The notes: generated by a model from the letters alone, not told the origin. Numbered from the stretch's first letter, positions 10,561 through 22,303 are shown. The stretch is DNA of 56,843 bases from Octopus bimaculoides (GCF_001194135.2 NC_068985.1:74191834-74248676); one strand, 5' to 3'. Translations and numbers: made by a program.

Positions 10561-11780
10561 TTATTCTTTCAATTAATAGAAAGAAAGGATATTTTACCTT
10601 AATACAAAAAATTCAAACATAAGCATAATTTCGTATTTTAAACATTTAATATATATATATAAGATCAATTTATTTTATTTAATTTTATCGAGTTGTATAA
10701 CAAAATAGATGGGATTTATTGTAAGTAAATAATATAACGATTAAGATTTATAGGAATTAATTTGATTATTATCAAACTTCTAGTAGATATTTGATCGAAC
10801 TTTACAGGATTATAAGATATTTCTTTCGTCTTTTTCTTTAAGTATACACGACTCACTCACGTATTTCACATAATACATATCTAGAAGAAACACAATACGC
10901 AATTTCCCGGTATATGAAGAAGTGATATATAAGTTATGAATTCTAAATTTTTTGCTATTATCTTATAAAATGTAGATCATTATTTTGTCTCTATTTTATT
11001 TTAGTCACTTTATTCACTTGTTTTACATCTTTTGAATTGATCTAGAATTATATACAGCTATATATGACCTAAGTATATTTTACAAGAGACTTAAACATAA
11101 AATGTATATGGAGAGAGGNNNNNNNNNNNNNNNNATATATATATATAATGTGTATATATATATATTGATTTGATAGATACAGCTCTTAACCGCTAGATAA
11201 TTCAAGCTTGAGATTATATTAACATACATGGATAAACGTTTATACTAAGATATATAAATGATTTGATATGGGTCGATATGATTTGATATGATTCGACGAC
11301 CACGATTTCATGGATATTTACTTGTATCTCTTAGTAACCCAATGGAAATTATACAGTTACAACGGTTTATTTATTATTTCCCGACAGATATGCTGTTATT
11401 TTTTATTATGAACAGATTTTAAAATTTATCTTTATTTTATCATTATTTCTTTTACTTACTTGCATTGTAACCGTTGCAAATACACACACACAATATATAT
11501 ATGACTTTAAACACCCTTAGATTCTGATTTGAGGCCCTTCGAGAAATATGTAACCTTCGTTTCATAAATTCCCTGAAGAGATTCTTCCTCATGCAGTTTA
11601 AAATGATAATCAAGTGTTACGAACTATGCATTTCTAAGGACCCACGTTTTTCGAACCATGCATTACCAATGGGTGAGAATGGAAGCATATGTAGGTTTTA
11701 AAAAATTTTCTTTTGTACTTTTTACATTTTATTTTTATTTAAATTTTAACTTGAATCTGTGACACAAATAAATTATGATT
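10561..11780 (+). mobile_element. inverted copy of the PLE 3' end and pseudo-LTR (family B)
   Basis: 10661-11780 is the diverged reverse complement of 5105-6133; contains a degenerate GIY-YIG-like stretch (IYRN*FDYYQTSSRYLIELY). Confidence 0.75.
11569..11698 (+). ncRNA. long-stem-II hammerhead, family B copy 3
   Basis: TTCC-CTGAAGA(11573-79)-GATTCT-[90 nt]-AGAATG-GAAGC-ATAT-GTA/GGTTT; canonical 5' core, GAAA mutated to GAAG. Confidence 0.6.
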
Positions 11781-12299
11781 NNNNNNNNNNNNNNNNNNNN
11801 NNNNNNNNNNNNNNNNNNNNNNNNNNNNNNNNNNNNNNNNNNNNNNNNNNNNNNNNNNNNNNNNNNNNNNNNNNNNNNNNNNNNNNNNNNNNNNNNNNNN
11901 NNNNNNNNNNNNNNNNNNNNNNNNNNNNNNNNNNNNNNNNNNNNNATATATATATATATATACATCTCTGTGCGAATATATGTGTTGGTATGCATCTTTA
12001 ATTTTGCACAAATGTGCTTAATTAAAACACGTATGAAGCACTATTTCCTATCCTAATGTCTAGTTTCATTAATCTCAAAGCTGTATTTAAATATGCATTT
12101 ACATACCATACTTAATAACGGTGGATAAGTAAGTCCCAGTTGTCATGCATTACATCCCTATTTTTTTACAAACTTCCATCCGTCCTCTATCATGATCGTA
12201 TTATATATATGTACACCTCACTAAACCAATAATAATCATTCATAAATTTTAGTTTCTTATATTTAATTTATTGTATCTTTATTTTATATTACATTTTAC

Positions 12300-12760
12300 T
12301 CTTATTTTATTTCACTTTAATTTATGTTCTGATGTTCTGCCATTGCTGTTTTATTATTATATTTTTTATATTTGCATACTTTCTTCACATTTTTATATTT
12401 CTATTTATTTATCTATTTCCTAATCATAATATAGTATATTCACAGATATTCAAAACCTACCAATGAAATAAAAAGCTCAATACATATCTTTCAACCTGAA
12501 CCTGCTAACACTATACACCTCCCTCAAAAGATAAACTGACGACCTAAGTTGCATCAGCTCCTTTTGAACCCTGACAATGTTCTACCACAATGTAGTTTGA
12601 ATGTGGCAACTTCCTCGGCGTTAAAGAATATGCTTGGAGATTCCCATCAACTAAATCATTCGACAGAAACATATATGTAGGATTTTTTCTGTTTTTTTCT
12701 TTATATTTTTGAGCTTTCAACTTCCAATTCCAATCTGTTTGTTTATTTCTAATGTCTTTT
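12300..12760 (+). mobile_element. further diverged pseudo-LTR copy (family B)
   Basis: aaccctgacaatgttctacc...atgtagtttgaatg aligns with ccctgaagagattcttcc...atgcagtttaaaatg (11571-11606), followed by gaaacatatatgtagg. Confidence 0.55.
12567..12683 (+). ncRNA. long-stem-II hammerhead, family B copy 4
   Basis: AACC-CTGACAA-TGTT...GACA-GAAAC-ATATAT-GTA/GGAT; the basal stem II pairs differ from copies 2 and 3 but still pair. Confidence 0.5.
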
Positions 12761-13247
12761 TTTCCGAAGAATAATGTCATCTTTTAACAACATGCAGGTA
12801 AATAAGTAATTAAATCCATTTATTCTCCATTTTCTTCCCCTTGATTTCTCTCAATATTGAAAATTTCAGTAGTCTTAAACATATACCAATGAGTTTACCA
12901 TTATATGATACGGATGAAATCGGTGGAATATTTTGGATTAGATAATCTCTAAGGACGATTTGGCTTATTAGATGAGTGTTAAATCTTTAATTTACCTTTA
13001 AAACTTAACCTAAAAAATCTCGTAATATTTAATTCTAACTTTTATTCCTAAATAATTAACATTCAACTGGTATCTCCATTCATGACTACCTATAAACCCG
13101 AACACCATAGCTAAAAGTATTTCTGCAGCCCCTGACCTTAGCCATAAAACGGACAGAAGCACTTGCTACTAGACTTCCTCCCCAACTAGTACAGACTAGA
13201 AGAATACCAGCGGCACATACCATGCCCTTTGAATCCCTTTCATTTTA

Positions 13248-14519
13248 TTAGGTTGGCAACTAAGTTTCCGCCGTTTTTTTTTAAATTTACATTTTTTAAA
13301 AGGTTTAATAAAAAATAACTAATTAATGTATTCACTCTTGTTTTTTACAACTACTTCCCAACGTTCAACAAGATTTTCAATACCTCGTTGGTAGAAATCA
13401 CCCGATTTCTAGTCGAAAAATTGATCCAACCAACTTCTCAATTCTGCATCGGTATTGAACGAAACTCCGCGCATAGCATTTGAAAGAGATCGAAAGAGGT
13501 GGAAATCCGTTGGTGCCAAATCAGGAGAATACGGCGGCTGTGACAGCACTTCCCAGCCATGCGTTTGGATGGCTTCCTTGGTGATATTGGCGATATGAGG
13601 GCAGGCGTTGTCGTACAGCAGAAGAACTCCATGCAGCCTAGGTCTTTTCTCTTGAATAGCCATGTTGAGTGGTTCCATATGTTGACCATAGAGTTCTGCG
13701 TAATCTGTTTGGTTCCCTTCAAGCAATTCGTAATGGATAATCCCTTCCCAGTCCCACCATACACACAACATCCTTTTACGCGGTTGAAGATCTTATTTCA
13801 CGCGCGGTGTCGCTTGTTTACCGGGGCTAAGCCATTCCTTACGCTGCTTCATATTGATGTACAGCCACCATTTTTCGTCGCCAGTAACGATTCGGTAAAG
13901 AAATCGTTGCTTGTGTCCATGAGTTGAGGGGTGACGAACAAGCAAACTAGCGGAGATTGTGACTCGTTGATTTTTGTTGCTGTCACTTAAAGCATGCGGT
14001 CCCATGCTCCATACTTCTGGACCTTTCCCATCGAGTGAAGATGTTTCTCTATAGCAGTGTGGGAGATTCCATTTTCTCTACCATTTCCCATGTCGTTTGA
14101 CGATAATTTTCGTGAAAAAGTTGGTTTAATCGCTCTTCATCGAACTCAACTGAACGGCCACAACGAGGTACGTCTTTGAGATCAAATGTCCATATTTGAA
14201 CTTGGCATACCAATTACGAGCGGTTTTTTCAGCTATGGCACCCTCTCCATACACCGCACAAATGTCGTGATCAGCTTTTGTGGCTTTAGAATCTTGATTA
14301 AAAGCAAAAAGAAGGAAGTGTCGAAAATGCTCGTTTTTCTAAACTTGACATTCTATTTTGATGATCTGAACATAAACAAAAATTAACTAAAATTAACTAG
14401 AAAAAAATCAAAATAGATTCCAAAATGATTAAAAAATAGAACTATCGAAAAAAATGGATTCCACAATTTAAAAACTTAAAATATTTAGACAAACGGCGGG
14501 AACTTAGTTGCCAAACCAA
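13248..14519 (-). mobile_element. full-length mariner transposon (1272 bp, 29-bp TIRs, TA target duplication)
   Basis: Left TIR ttaggttggcaactaagtttccgccgttt (13248-13276), right TIR aaacggcgggaacttagttgccaaaccaa (14491-14519), TA on both flanks. Confidence 0.95.
13319..14356 (-). pseudogene. mariner DD34D transposase, inactivated
   Basis: (M)ECQV*KNEHFRH...RIVTGDEKW...MLCVWWDWEGIIHYELL...LLYDNACPH...PPYSPDLAPTDFHLFRSL...EYIN*; start codon mutated, with stops and frameshifts. Confidence 0.95.
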
Positions 14520-15003
14520 TATTTTATTTTGTTTTTACGTTTTCTTCTTTTACCTCTCTCCTTATTTACCCTTATATATTTATTTGTCTATTTATCTTCT
14601 TGGATATTTTTGTACGCTGTATATCTGTACACTATATTCTTATATACCTTATTTTATCCTTAATACCAATCCTTACTTTCTTCCCTCACTCTCTCTACCT
14701 TTCTCTCTATTTATTTCTTCTCTTTACCCCTTAATAGCGACCTCTACTACCATCCTCTTACGAAACGTCGATGCGTTCGGGTCTATTTCTGGATATTTAC
14801 ACAATTAAGACTTTAAATTACATCGATTTACAAAGGATTGCATTTAAAGACTTATGGACTAACATCTACAAGATCGGAAAATTGAAATGGGAACTTTTAT
14901 GCTTCTTTTTCTTCTCTTTGTTCTTTTTCTTCATCATCTTTTTCCTTTTCTCCTATCATCTATTCCATCATTTCCTTAATCTATACGCTTCTCATTTTTC
15001 CTA

Positions 15004-15062
15004 CTTTTCTGATGACGGAATATCCCATATTCTGGGATATCGATGGAAAAAGCCGTAAGACT
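15004..15062 (+). ncRNA. hammerhead motif, family C (stem III degenerate)
   Basis: CTGATGA (15009-15) then an 8-bp hairpin ATATCCCA-tattc-TGGGATAT, GAAA (15046-49), GTA (15055-57); stems I and III are imperfect. Confidence 0.55.
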
Positions 15063-15281
15063 TCTAATTTTTCCAGTAATAATAACGTATATGACTTGAG
15101 ATGTTTGTCTTGCCTTAACGTTTGTTGTCCGCTTTAACAATTATATATCCGCTATATCAGAAATCTATAATGGCTCCATAACTCACGTCTCGAGTATAAC
15201 CTTGGAGTCCTGGTAATCCGTTACACCACTTGCCCACCGTACCTAGTCGTTTAGATCACCTATAAACTAAGCCCCATATTT

Positions 15282-15312
<31 letters not shown>

Positions 15313-15690
15313 NNNNNNNNNNNNNNNNNNNNNNNNNNNNNNNNNNNNNNNNNNNNNNNNNNNNNNNNNNNNNNNNNNNNNNNNNNNNNNNNNNNNNNNN
15401 NNNNNNNNNNNNNNNNNNNNNNNNNNNNNNNNNNNNNNNNNNNNNNNNNNNNNNNNNNNNNNNNNNNNNNNNNNNNNNNNNNNNNNNNNNNNNNNNNNNN
15501 NNNNNNNNNNNNNNNNNNNNNNNNNNNNNNNNNNNNNNNNNNNNNNNNNNNNNNNNNNNNNNNNNNNNNNNNNNNNNNNNNNNNNNNNNNNNNNNNNNNN
15601 NNNNNNNNNNNNNNNNNNNNNNNNNNNNNNNNNNNNNNNNNNNNNNNNNNNNNNNNNNNNNNNNNNNNNNNNNNNNNNNNNNNNNNNNNA

Positions 15691-15735
15691 CGAACGGACC
15701 CGGGTTTCAGGGTTATTTCCCTTCGTCGGCGTTCG
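15691..15735 (-). ncRNA. minimal type I hammerhead ribozyme with U4C core variant
   Basis: Minus: CGAACG-CCGACGA-AGGG-aaataa-CCCT-GAAAC-CCGG-GTC/CGTTCG. Stem I is 6 bp, stem II 4 bp, palindromic ACCCGGGT stem III, GUC site. Confidence 0.75.
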
Positions 15736-15742
15736 ATAGCCA

Positions 15743-15822
<80 letters not shown>

Positions 15823-16556
15823 TATACGCATAAACATATATATATATATATATAGTTTAAATAATATATATATATATTAATAATACTAAAATTCAAGAAG
15901 ATGTTTGTTTCCGAAATATTTCAGAAATAGTAGATCTTATCTTAATGTTTTTACATATATATTTTCAGAATCACTTTATGCAGTGCAGTGTGAAGTTTTG
16001 TGATATTTGGACCATTATTTATTAAAGAAAACGATTAATCATAATTTTTGTCTATTTGTTGACGAAAAAAACATGGCTTCCGCGACCGCAATACACATAC
16101 GTACATACAGAATACTCACACATATAATGACTGTCATGCTATGGGAATCAACACAAGCAAAACGTACGCTATCTGTGACTTATACACACATAGTCTTTGC
16201 GTTCTCTCACTATCACTCTTTATGAAAAAAAAAACGTCGACTTTTTGACGTACACACTATTTTAATCATTTAAAAATACTTTTTAGTGAATATACTTTCA
16301 AAAATGTAAGTTGTTTGTATGGTAAGTATTTATGTTCTAGTTTCCTTTCAACAGACAATATTTGATTTTTTAAAAAATTATTGCCAAGTGAATACCATTA
16401 CAAAAAGTTTTGGGGGCATATTTAAGGAAATTTTAAAATGGAAATGACTTTCATCATACGGTACCTATTTCATAAAAGATCCGTTCGTAACCTCAGTGTG
16501 AAACAAATTTTTTGCATAGGTTTTTTCGAGTGCATTTAAGGTTTCTCAGTACCAAG

Positions 16557-16669
16557 GATTTGACTGCTATTTTTAACAGGCCCCGATACCACGTAACAGC
16601 TATTTGCGATAAAGGACCCGAAATACTTGTTACGTGGTAACAGGGCGTGCAATAAATAGCAGCCAAATC
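16557..16669. repeat. ~113-bp palindromic (hairpin) MITE-like element
   Basis: gatttgactgctattt pairs with aaatagcagccaaatc; taccacgtaacag.tattt pairs with aaatacttgttacgtggta; 15-nt loop. Confidence 0.7.
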
Positions 16670-17242
16670 GTTCCTTTTCCGGAGAAAGGAGCCGTTAACT
16701 TGTGATTTCTGTTAAATTCGTTGGAAGAATGCGAAATAACCTGGAAAACAACAAAAGACCCACGAAATAAAACACCCTTGCTGGGAAACTCAGAGTTTCC
16801 AGGGGACCCAATGGGTAGTCTTGCATCTATATAATATTTGTTATGTTTGTAATATATAATAAATATAATAAGTTACAGAGAAAAAGCTGCCGTAGAAGAC
16901 TCATATTTAAAACTGTCGCTTCAAATCTCAGAATATGTATATATTATTATGATATATTATCATACATTTATTATTATACTATGTGTCACCCATAGTACCA
17001 TTCTCTCCGTAACATACGAAGCCTCTCTGGTTTGTTTACAAATATTATATATACTAGTAGACAGGTTAAGTATATATTCATAAAATTTGGCTTAAATTTA
17101 TGGGTGAGCGTTTGATCCAATCGGATGTGCAAGGATCCATGTTAGCGTTGATCTGCGGGTTCTATTCTGGCTAGGTATACTTCATCCTTTTCGGCCAGAT
17201 TGTCGCTTCAAATCGTAGAATATATATATTATTATACAGTTT

Positions 17243-17313
<71 letters not shown>

Positions 17314-18175
17314 CAGTTGCTTGTCAAGTCACAGTGCATTGAGTCTGTTCCAGTTTTATCATGGCGTAAAAATACTCAAAATAGTACATTGATTTTTTAT
17401 TCACTTTTTAATACTACGTTTTCTGATAATGTCTCAGTTAATTTCATCGCAACTCTCCTAACAAGTTAGTCCCAGTCATTATTATTACATTATATTTGCT
17501 GTAAAAATAATTTCTTTTAACCTTTTTATTTATTTTAGTTATAATTTCCTGTGAGTTGTGTGTATCTGACTTGCCTGTTTAGTGATGTATATCTGATAAC
17601 AATTATATAATTTTTTTCGATCTGTGACTTGAAGTTTCAAAATGTACTTTCTCTATATAATTACTTTATATTAAATAATTAAATACAATTTAACACTTTT
17701 CTGATTAGAAAACTATATAATATATTGTATTATTAGCATTTCTATTATTAGTATATTAGTAGTTCTCCTTTTAATACGAGATAGTTTACAAATTTTGTAA
17801 TGTACTTTGTTAAGTATATAGAAATTGTCTTAATATATGTTTGAAATATCAACTTATATTACATGATTATTAAAATTATTTTTTCCTAATTTCTTGTGCA
17901 AGACATTTATAGTAGAAGAAAGCAAAATAAAACACAAAGTGTAAAAATATACAGACCGAAAACAGAGCTGGTAATTTTAAAAACATACACGTGTGTGTAC
18001 GCGTATTTGTATTTGAGTGTCTAGCCATATGTAGAAATATATGTATGCACATATTTACTTGGAATTTGTCACGTAAAATATCGAGTTGAAAATTATATAG
18101 GAAATAGAGAATTGAATATAAACGACACTAAACTGCTGTATGTCGACAGTTCAAAGATCAGCATGCTTTACTTAC

Positions 18176-18376
18176 ACGTGTGTAGAACTGAGCGGAAACG
18201 AAAGTCCATTAAGTGAATGCAAAGAAACAAACATTAGAAGAAATGAGAATCGGTAGGCCAAAAATTTTAAAAGAGGTGAACGGTGAATGGAGGACTGACA
18301 ATTACAGTAAGCAAAGTGTTTTAACAGACGCAGTTTAAATGCTCCTGTGTCTAGGACGCCGCAGATCGTCAACATT
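18176..18376 (-). CDS. candidate 201-nt symmetric exon of an unknown gene
   Basis: Acceptor ttttgttgtatAG, donor GTAAGT, one frame open throughout (MLTICGVLDTGAFK...LLKFLAYRFSFLLMFVSLHSLNGLSFPLSSTH). No recognisable homology. Confidence 0.25.
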
Positions 18377-20989
18377 CTATACAACAAAATTTCATGAGAA
18401 GAGGTTACTACTACTGATTAATTAGAAAGAGAATATAACACTTGCGTGTTCAGAATCTACTTCAAAAATTACACACAAGAACACGAATAAACACAAATAT
18501 GCATAAATATAAAGATACACGCGTGTGCGCATATAAGTTTGTGTTAAGTAAGTGAGTTGCAGATTTTGGGAAAAAAATTGAATAATGTGTTTCATGTTCT
18601 ACGAACTTTCTCAAATTATACTATGCAGAATGGCAGAAAATAATGAACTTCTATTTCTCTTGCAAGCTGGTCAATTTAAAGTAGAATATTTTATATATAG
18701 ACTGAATATTTTCAATTCAAGGATATATTTTCACGTAGCAACCATTGACACACTCCCATTTTCCGCAAACTCCCATTTCATTTGCGCTGCTGGTTAGAGC
18801 TCTTTTATTTTACTCGAAAATTAGCTCCAACAGGACATCTTCCACCCATAAAAGAAATAAGAACATTTTCAGAGGTGTAACAAACACCAAAGCATATTTC
18901 TTATTCCAATAACTGGGAAGAACTTTGTCCTAAAAACATTGAAACCGATTGTGTGTTCACATTGAACAAGGTCCTCATTCTAAGAGACAGATGCACAGTT
19001 TTTACATTACGCAAGGATCAGGAGAAGTGTTGTAAGAGGACTTATTTTCTCTAAATGAACTTCTGAAAGTAATTGATACTGTTAGTCGCAAATAATGAAT
19101 AAGTTTGGATATGCTGACAAGTCTATGGCCTAAAATAGTGATTTCATAGTAAATATTCTACAAGGTAATTGATGATACATAAGCGAAAATCGAAATTTCA
19201 AAACGCCAAACGTCTTGCGTTAGCGCCAATACTTTTAACTATTAGGTTTCAAACAGAGTGATTAACAACTTTCACGACATGCCTCTCCCAAACTCTATTG
19301 CATCGGCATATATTTTAACAAATCGCAGGATTTCAGGATTCTAGTCAAATTCAAGTTTGGACACTATATGTTGTATCTAGTTATACAATGTCATTAAGTA
19401 CAGATTCAGTGTACAAGATGCGGCTGTGTTTGAACAACCCCTTCTCCTCTCAGTGCAAAGTAAACGGCATTCATTTAATAATAAGCATTTCAAAGTGTAC
19501 ATGACACTTTCACTTTTAATAGATTATAAATAGCATTATAAGTCTATGTAGCAGTTCGCATAACTTATTAATGTTCTAATTTTAAACATCCACTTTCCCA
19601 AGACAGCATCGATTTCGATAGATTTCACAAGAAGTTCCGACAAGAGAGGACGACGAATCTCCAATCCAGGACTAATATATTTCACTAATATTTCACTAAG
19701 TAGAAACTTTCCGAGAGGATTGCGAATAAATCACGAGTTTCCATCTAAGCTATTTGAGTAAAGTGTACAGGAGTGGATGACACAGGTTCCTTAACAGCGA
19801 AATTGTTAAGATTGTGGTAATTGCCATCATCCTCCATTTCTTATGCAGAAACCAGCTGCGCTAGCTGTGACTGGGCGGCGAATATTTTTTTCAAAAGCCT
19901 TTTCTACAGTGAATTAATATATAAGGAAATTTCGTTAGAGGCAGTGTACTAAATCTCTCCTTAAAGAGTCGTTGGAGGAGCATTGATTTTTGATGATCTA
20001 TATCATGTAACCCCATCGGGAATATATCGCTGCATTGAGGCAGATCAGTGTGAAACATAGCTTCAAAGCTTCGAAAGTTTTGAGTCTCATAAGCAAAGAC
20101 TTATGACCATAATCATTCATGAGCAAAGAAACATACGCATTAGGTGCACAGACAAGTGATGCAATCTACTTTCCGTGCCTCATGCAGCTGTGTTTCTGTA
20201 TACAAAGTCATGTATCTATGTATTTTCCAGTCATGGTTGACTGTTGGCGCTTGTGTAACAGGTACATCTGCTCTTTGAAAGATGTTCTTCGATTTGTGCC
20301 GCGTCTCTCATCCACACCTACCAACATTTAGACTATTTGGGATTGGAAATTGAGACGTCAATCAGGCCACGTGGCAGGTGCTATTGGGTTACAATGCACC
20401 AGTGGCAACTTCATCAAAAAGCTCTTGCTAACATGCGTACAAATCGACAGAAAATATATGTTTGTTACAGCTGAAAAACCGAGGCAAATGCTTAAAGTTT
20501 GACACGGATACATCCCATACACAAGCACACACGGGTGAATAGGATGTGTAAATGAGCATACTAAATGCATGAGTTACTATATATTTTCGACTTATGGAAT
20601 CTTCCGGTAAAATATTCTCCTTTATGCCACGGGAAAACAAAACACATCCAAATCATAAAAAATAAAACTACAGCATACTTTGAAATACAATTACCGCAAC
20701 CGTGTTCATTCCTAAATACAAAACAACTATTATTAGCTATAGCAGACAAAATGCAGAAGTGGAAATGTTGCTCTATATAATATTAATTCCTAAAGAGGAC
20801 GTTTCCTTGTAAAAAAATAAATTCGTCATATAACCGAAGAGTCAATCAGCCACAATGCAGCAATATAAATCAGGTTAATACTTTAATGCAGAAAAATCCA
20901 TTCTTCACATTTCATCCCACTAAATTTGGGCTAGTTAAACTAGATTACTCAACCAAGAGACAACACAGTCACGACAGTATACTAGAGAA

Positions 20990-21250
20990 CTTTCTATCTC
21001 TGCGTCTCGTGAATAATCCCCTTGGTTGCATTTGCGTCACGCCCGTAACACGTTGATAGTTCATTGTGGTGTGGGGCTTATTCGAAATTATTATAGCTGG
21101 TCTTAACTTTAACCTAGTGTAAGACTGCGGCGGGCAGTAAATCAGTGTGGGTATTTTTAGATTCAACGAGTGACGTGAAACGTTGCGTAGATGGTTAGTG
21201 TTTGGGAACAGGATCATCTCTCTCAATTACAAACGTATCGGGGCGAAATA
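20990..21250. promoter_or_regulatory. CpG-rich, promoter-like segment
   Basis: Visibly CpG-dense non-repeat segment with CRE-like TGCGTCAC and GTGACGTG motifs just upstream of candidate exons. Confidence 0.25.
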
Positions 21251-21264
21251 TATTTTCTGCCAAG

Positions 21265-22303
21265 GATAGGCAGTATATACCTGTTCAAAAACCCAGAGAT
21301 CAACTTGCTTAAACTATTTGTGTTACCGTACACTGTGAGTGCTTTATTGGAGAAATATATTTAATGTAATAATATGTTGGGGAAAAGCCATACGTATCAG
21401 ATAATATCAATGCGTAATAAAACGTTAATTCTTTATTGTTCTTGTCTTTGGTCAGTAAGTGTTATATCCTATTTGCTTCGGTGTAGAAATTAAAGGAAAT
21501 GTCTACTATTCCATTTAATCCTTTTGATACCAACCCGGATGGAACCGGCTCTGGCTCTGTGATAGAAATGACTTGTTTTCATAAGTTCTGAATTAAAATT
21601 TTCCTCCAAATCTTAGTCACAATTTATATTCCTAACACTAGCTTAATAACTAAGTTATTTTACTAAATTCTTTGTTATATTTAAAGTAATCGAAAGAAAT
21701 ACGGAACATTTCAACAGAAATACGGTAACGAAAGGGTAAAACTGTGCTTTTGTGATGTTGACATCAATACTTTGAAGCTGACCTAAAATTTACCTGCCTA
21801 CCATTTCTTTTTACACAGATTCAGCACTGTGTTGCTGAAGCAGTAATATCGTTAGAGTAAATATTCTGCTCAATATGACAGATTTGCTTGTCAGTTGCTT
21901 GACCATAACCACTTGAGCATGTCCTTTAGTAACTCACAATATGAGCACCTCTGATCATGGGCAGGAGAAAAGTGGAAGCATCATAACCGTGTGTTGAGAG
22001 GAAATGTTTGTGGTTTGAATAAATGTAACAAAAATAATATTTTGAAGAAAAAGTTTATCATTTTTCATACTTTCTAGGATTAAGCAAATGGGAAATATCA
22101 GTTGCTACCGAAAGACAAAAGCCGTGTTTCACAGTGTAAGAAGGCATAAATACATCCAGATTGAAACCATGTTCATGAATGTATATTCAGATATTCCGCT
22201 TCGATAAATGGAAAGAAAATTTCACGTATCACCTGGCATGCTAGAAATTACTCCGGCATTTCACTCTCTGCCTGGCTCACTCTGTCTCTGTCCCTCTTTC
22301 TGT

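Larger units (their letters stand above)
12780..15280 (+). mobile_element. probable third PLE remnant split by the mariner insertion
   Basis: 13080-13220 resembles a PLE ORF end (KRTEALATRLPP); 14520-15280 is a pyrimidine-rich pseudo-LTR-like tract with an HHR motif. The protein-level match is weak. Confidence 0.4.

Noticed and set aside
11580-11675. SECIS inside the family-B hammerhead stem II insert
   Set aside because: ATGA and GA are present but no convincing helix II or conservation across the four copies.
13438-13927. ORFs 13438-13764(-) and 13559-13927(+)
   Set aside because: Alternative or antisense frames of the mariner transposase.
19600-20560. Higher-complexity segment that looked like decayed coding sequence (SWLTVGACV, hAT-like)
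   Set aside because: Stops in all frames and only one short motif; no element class can be assigned.
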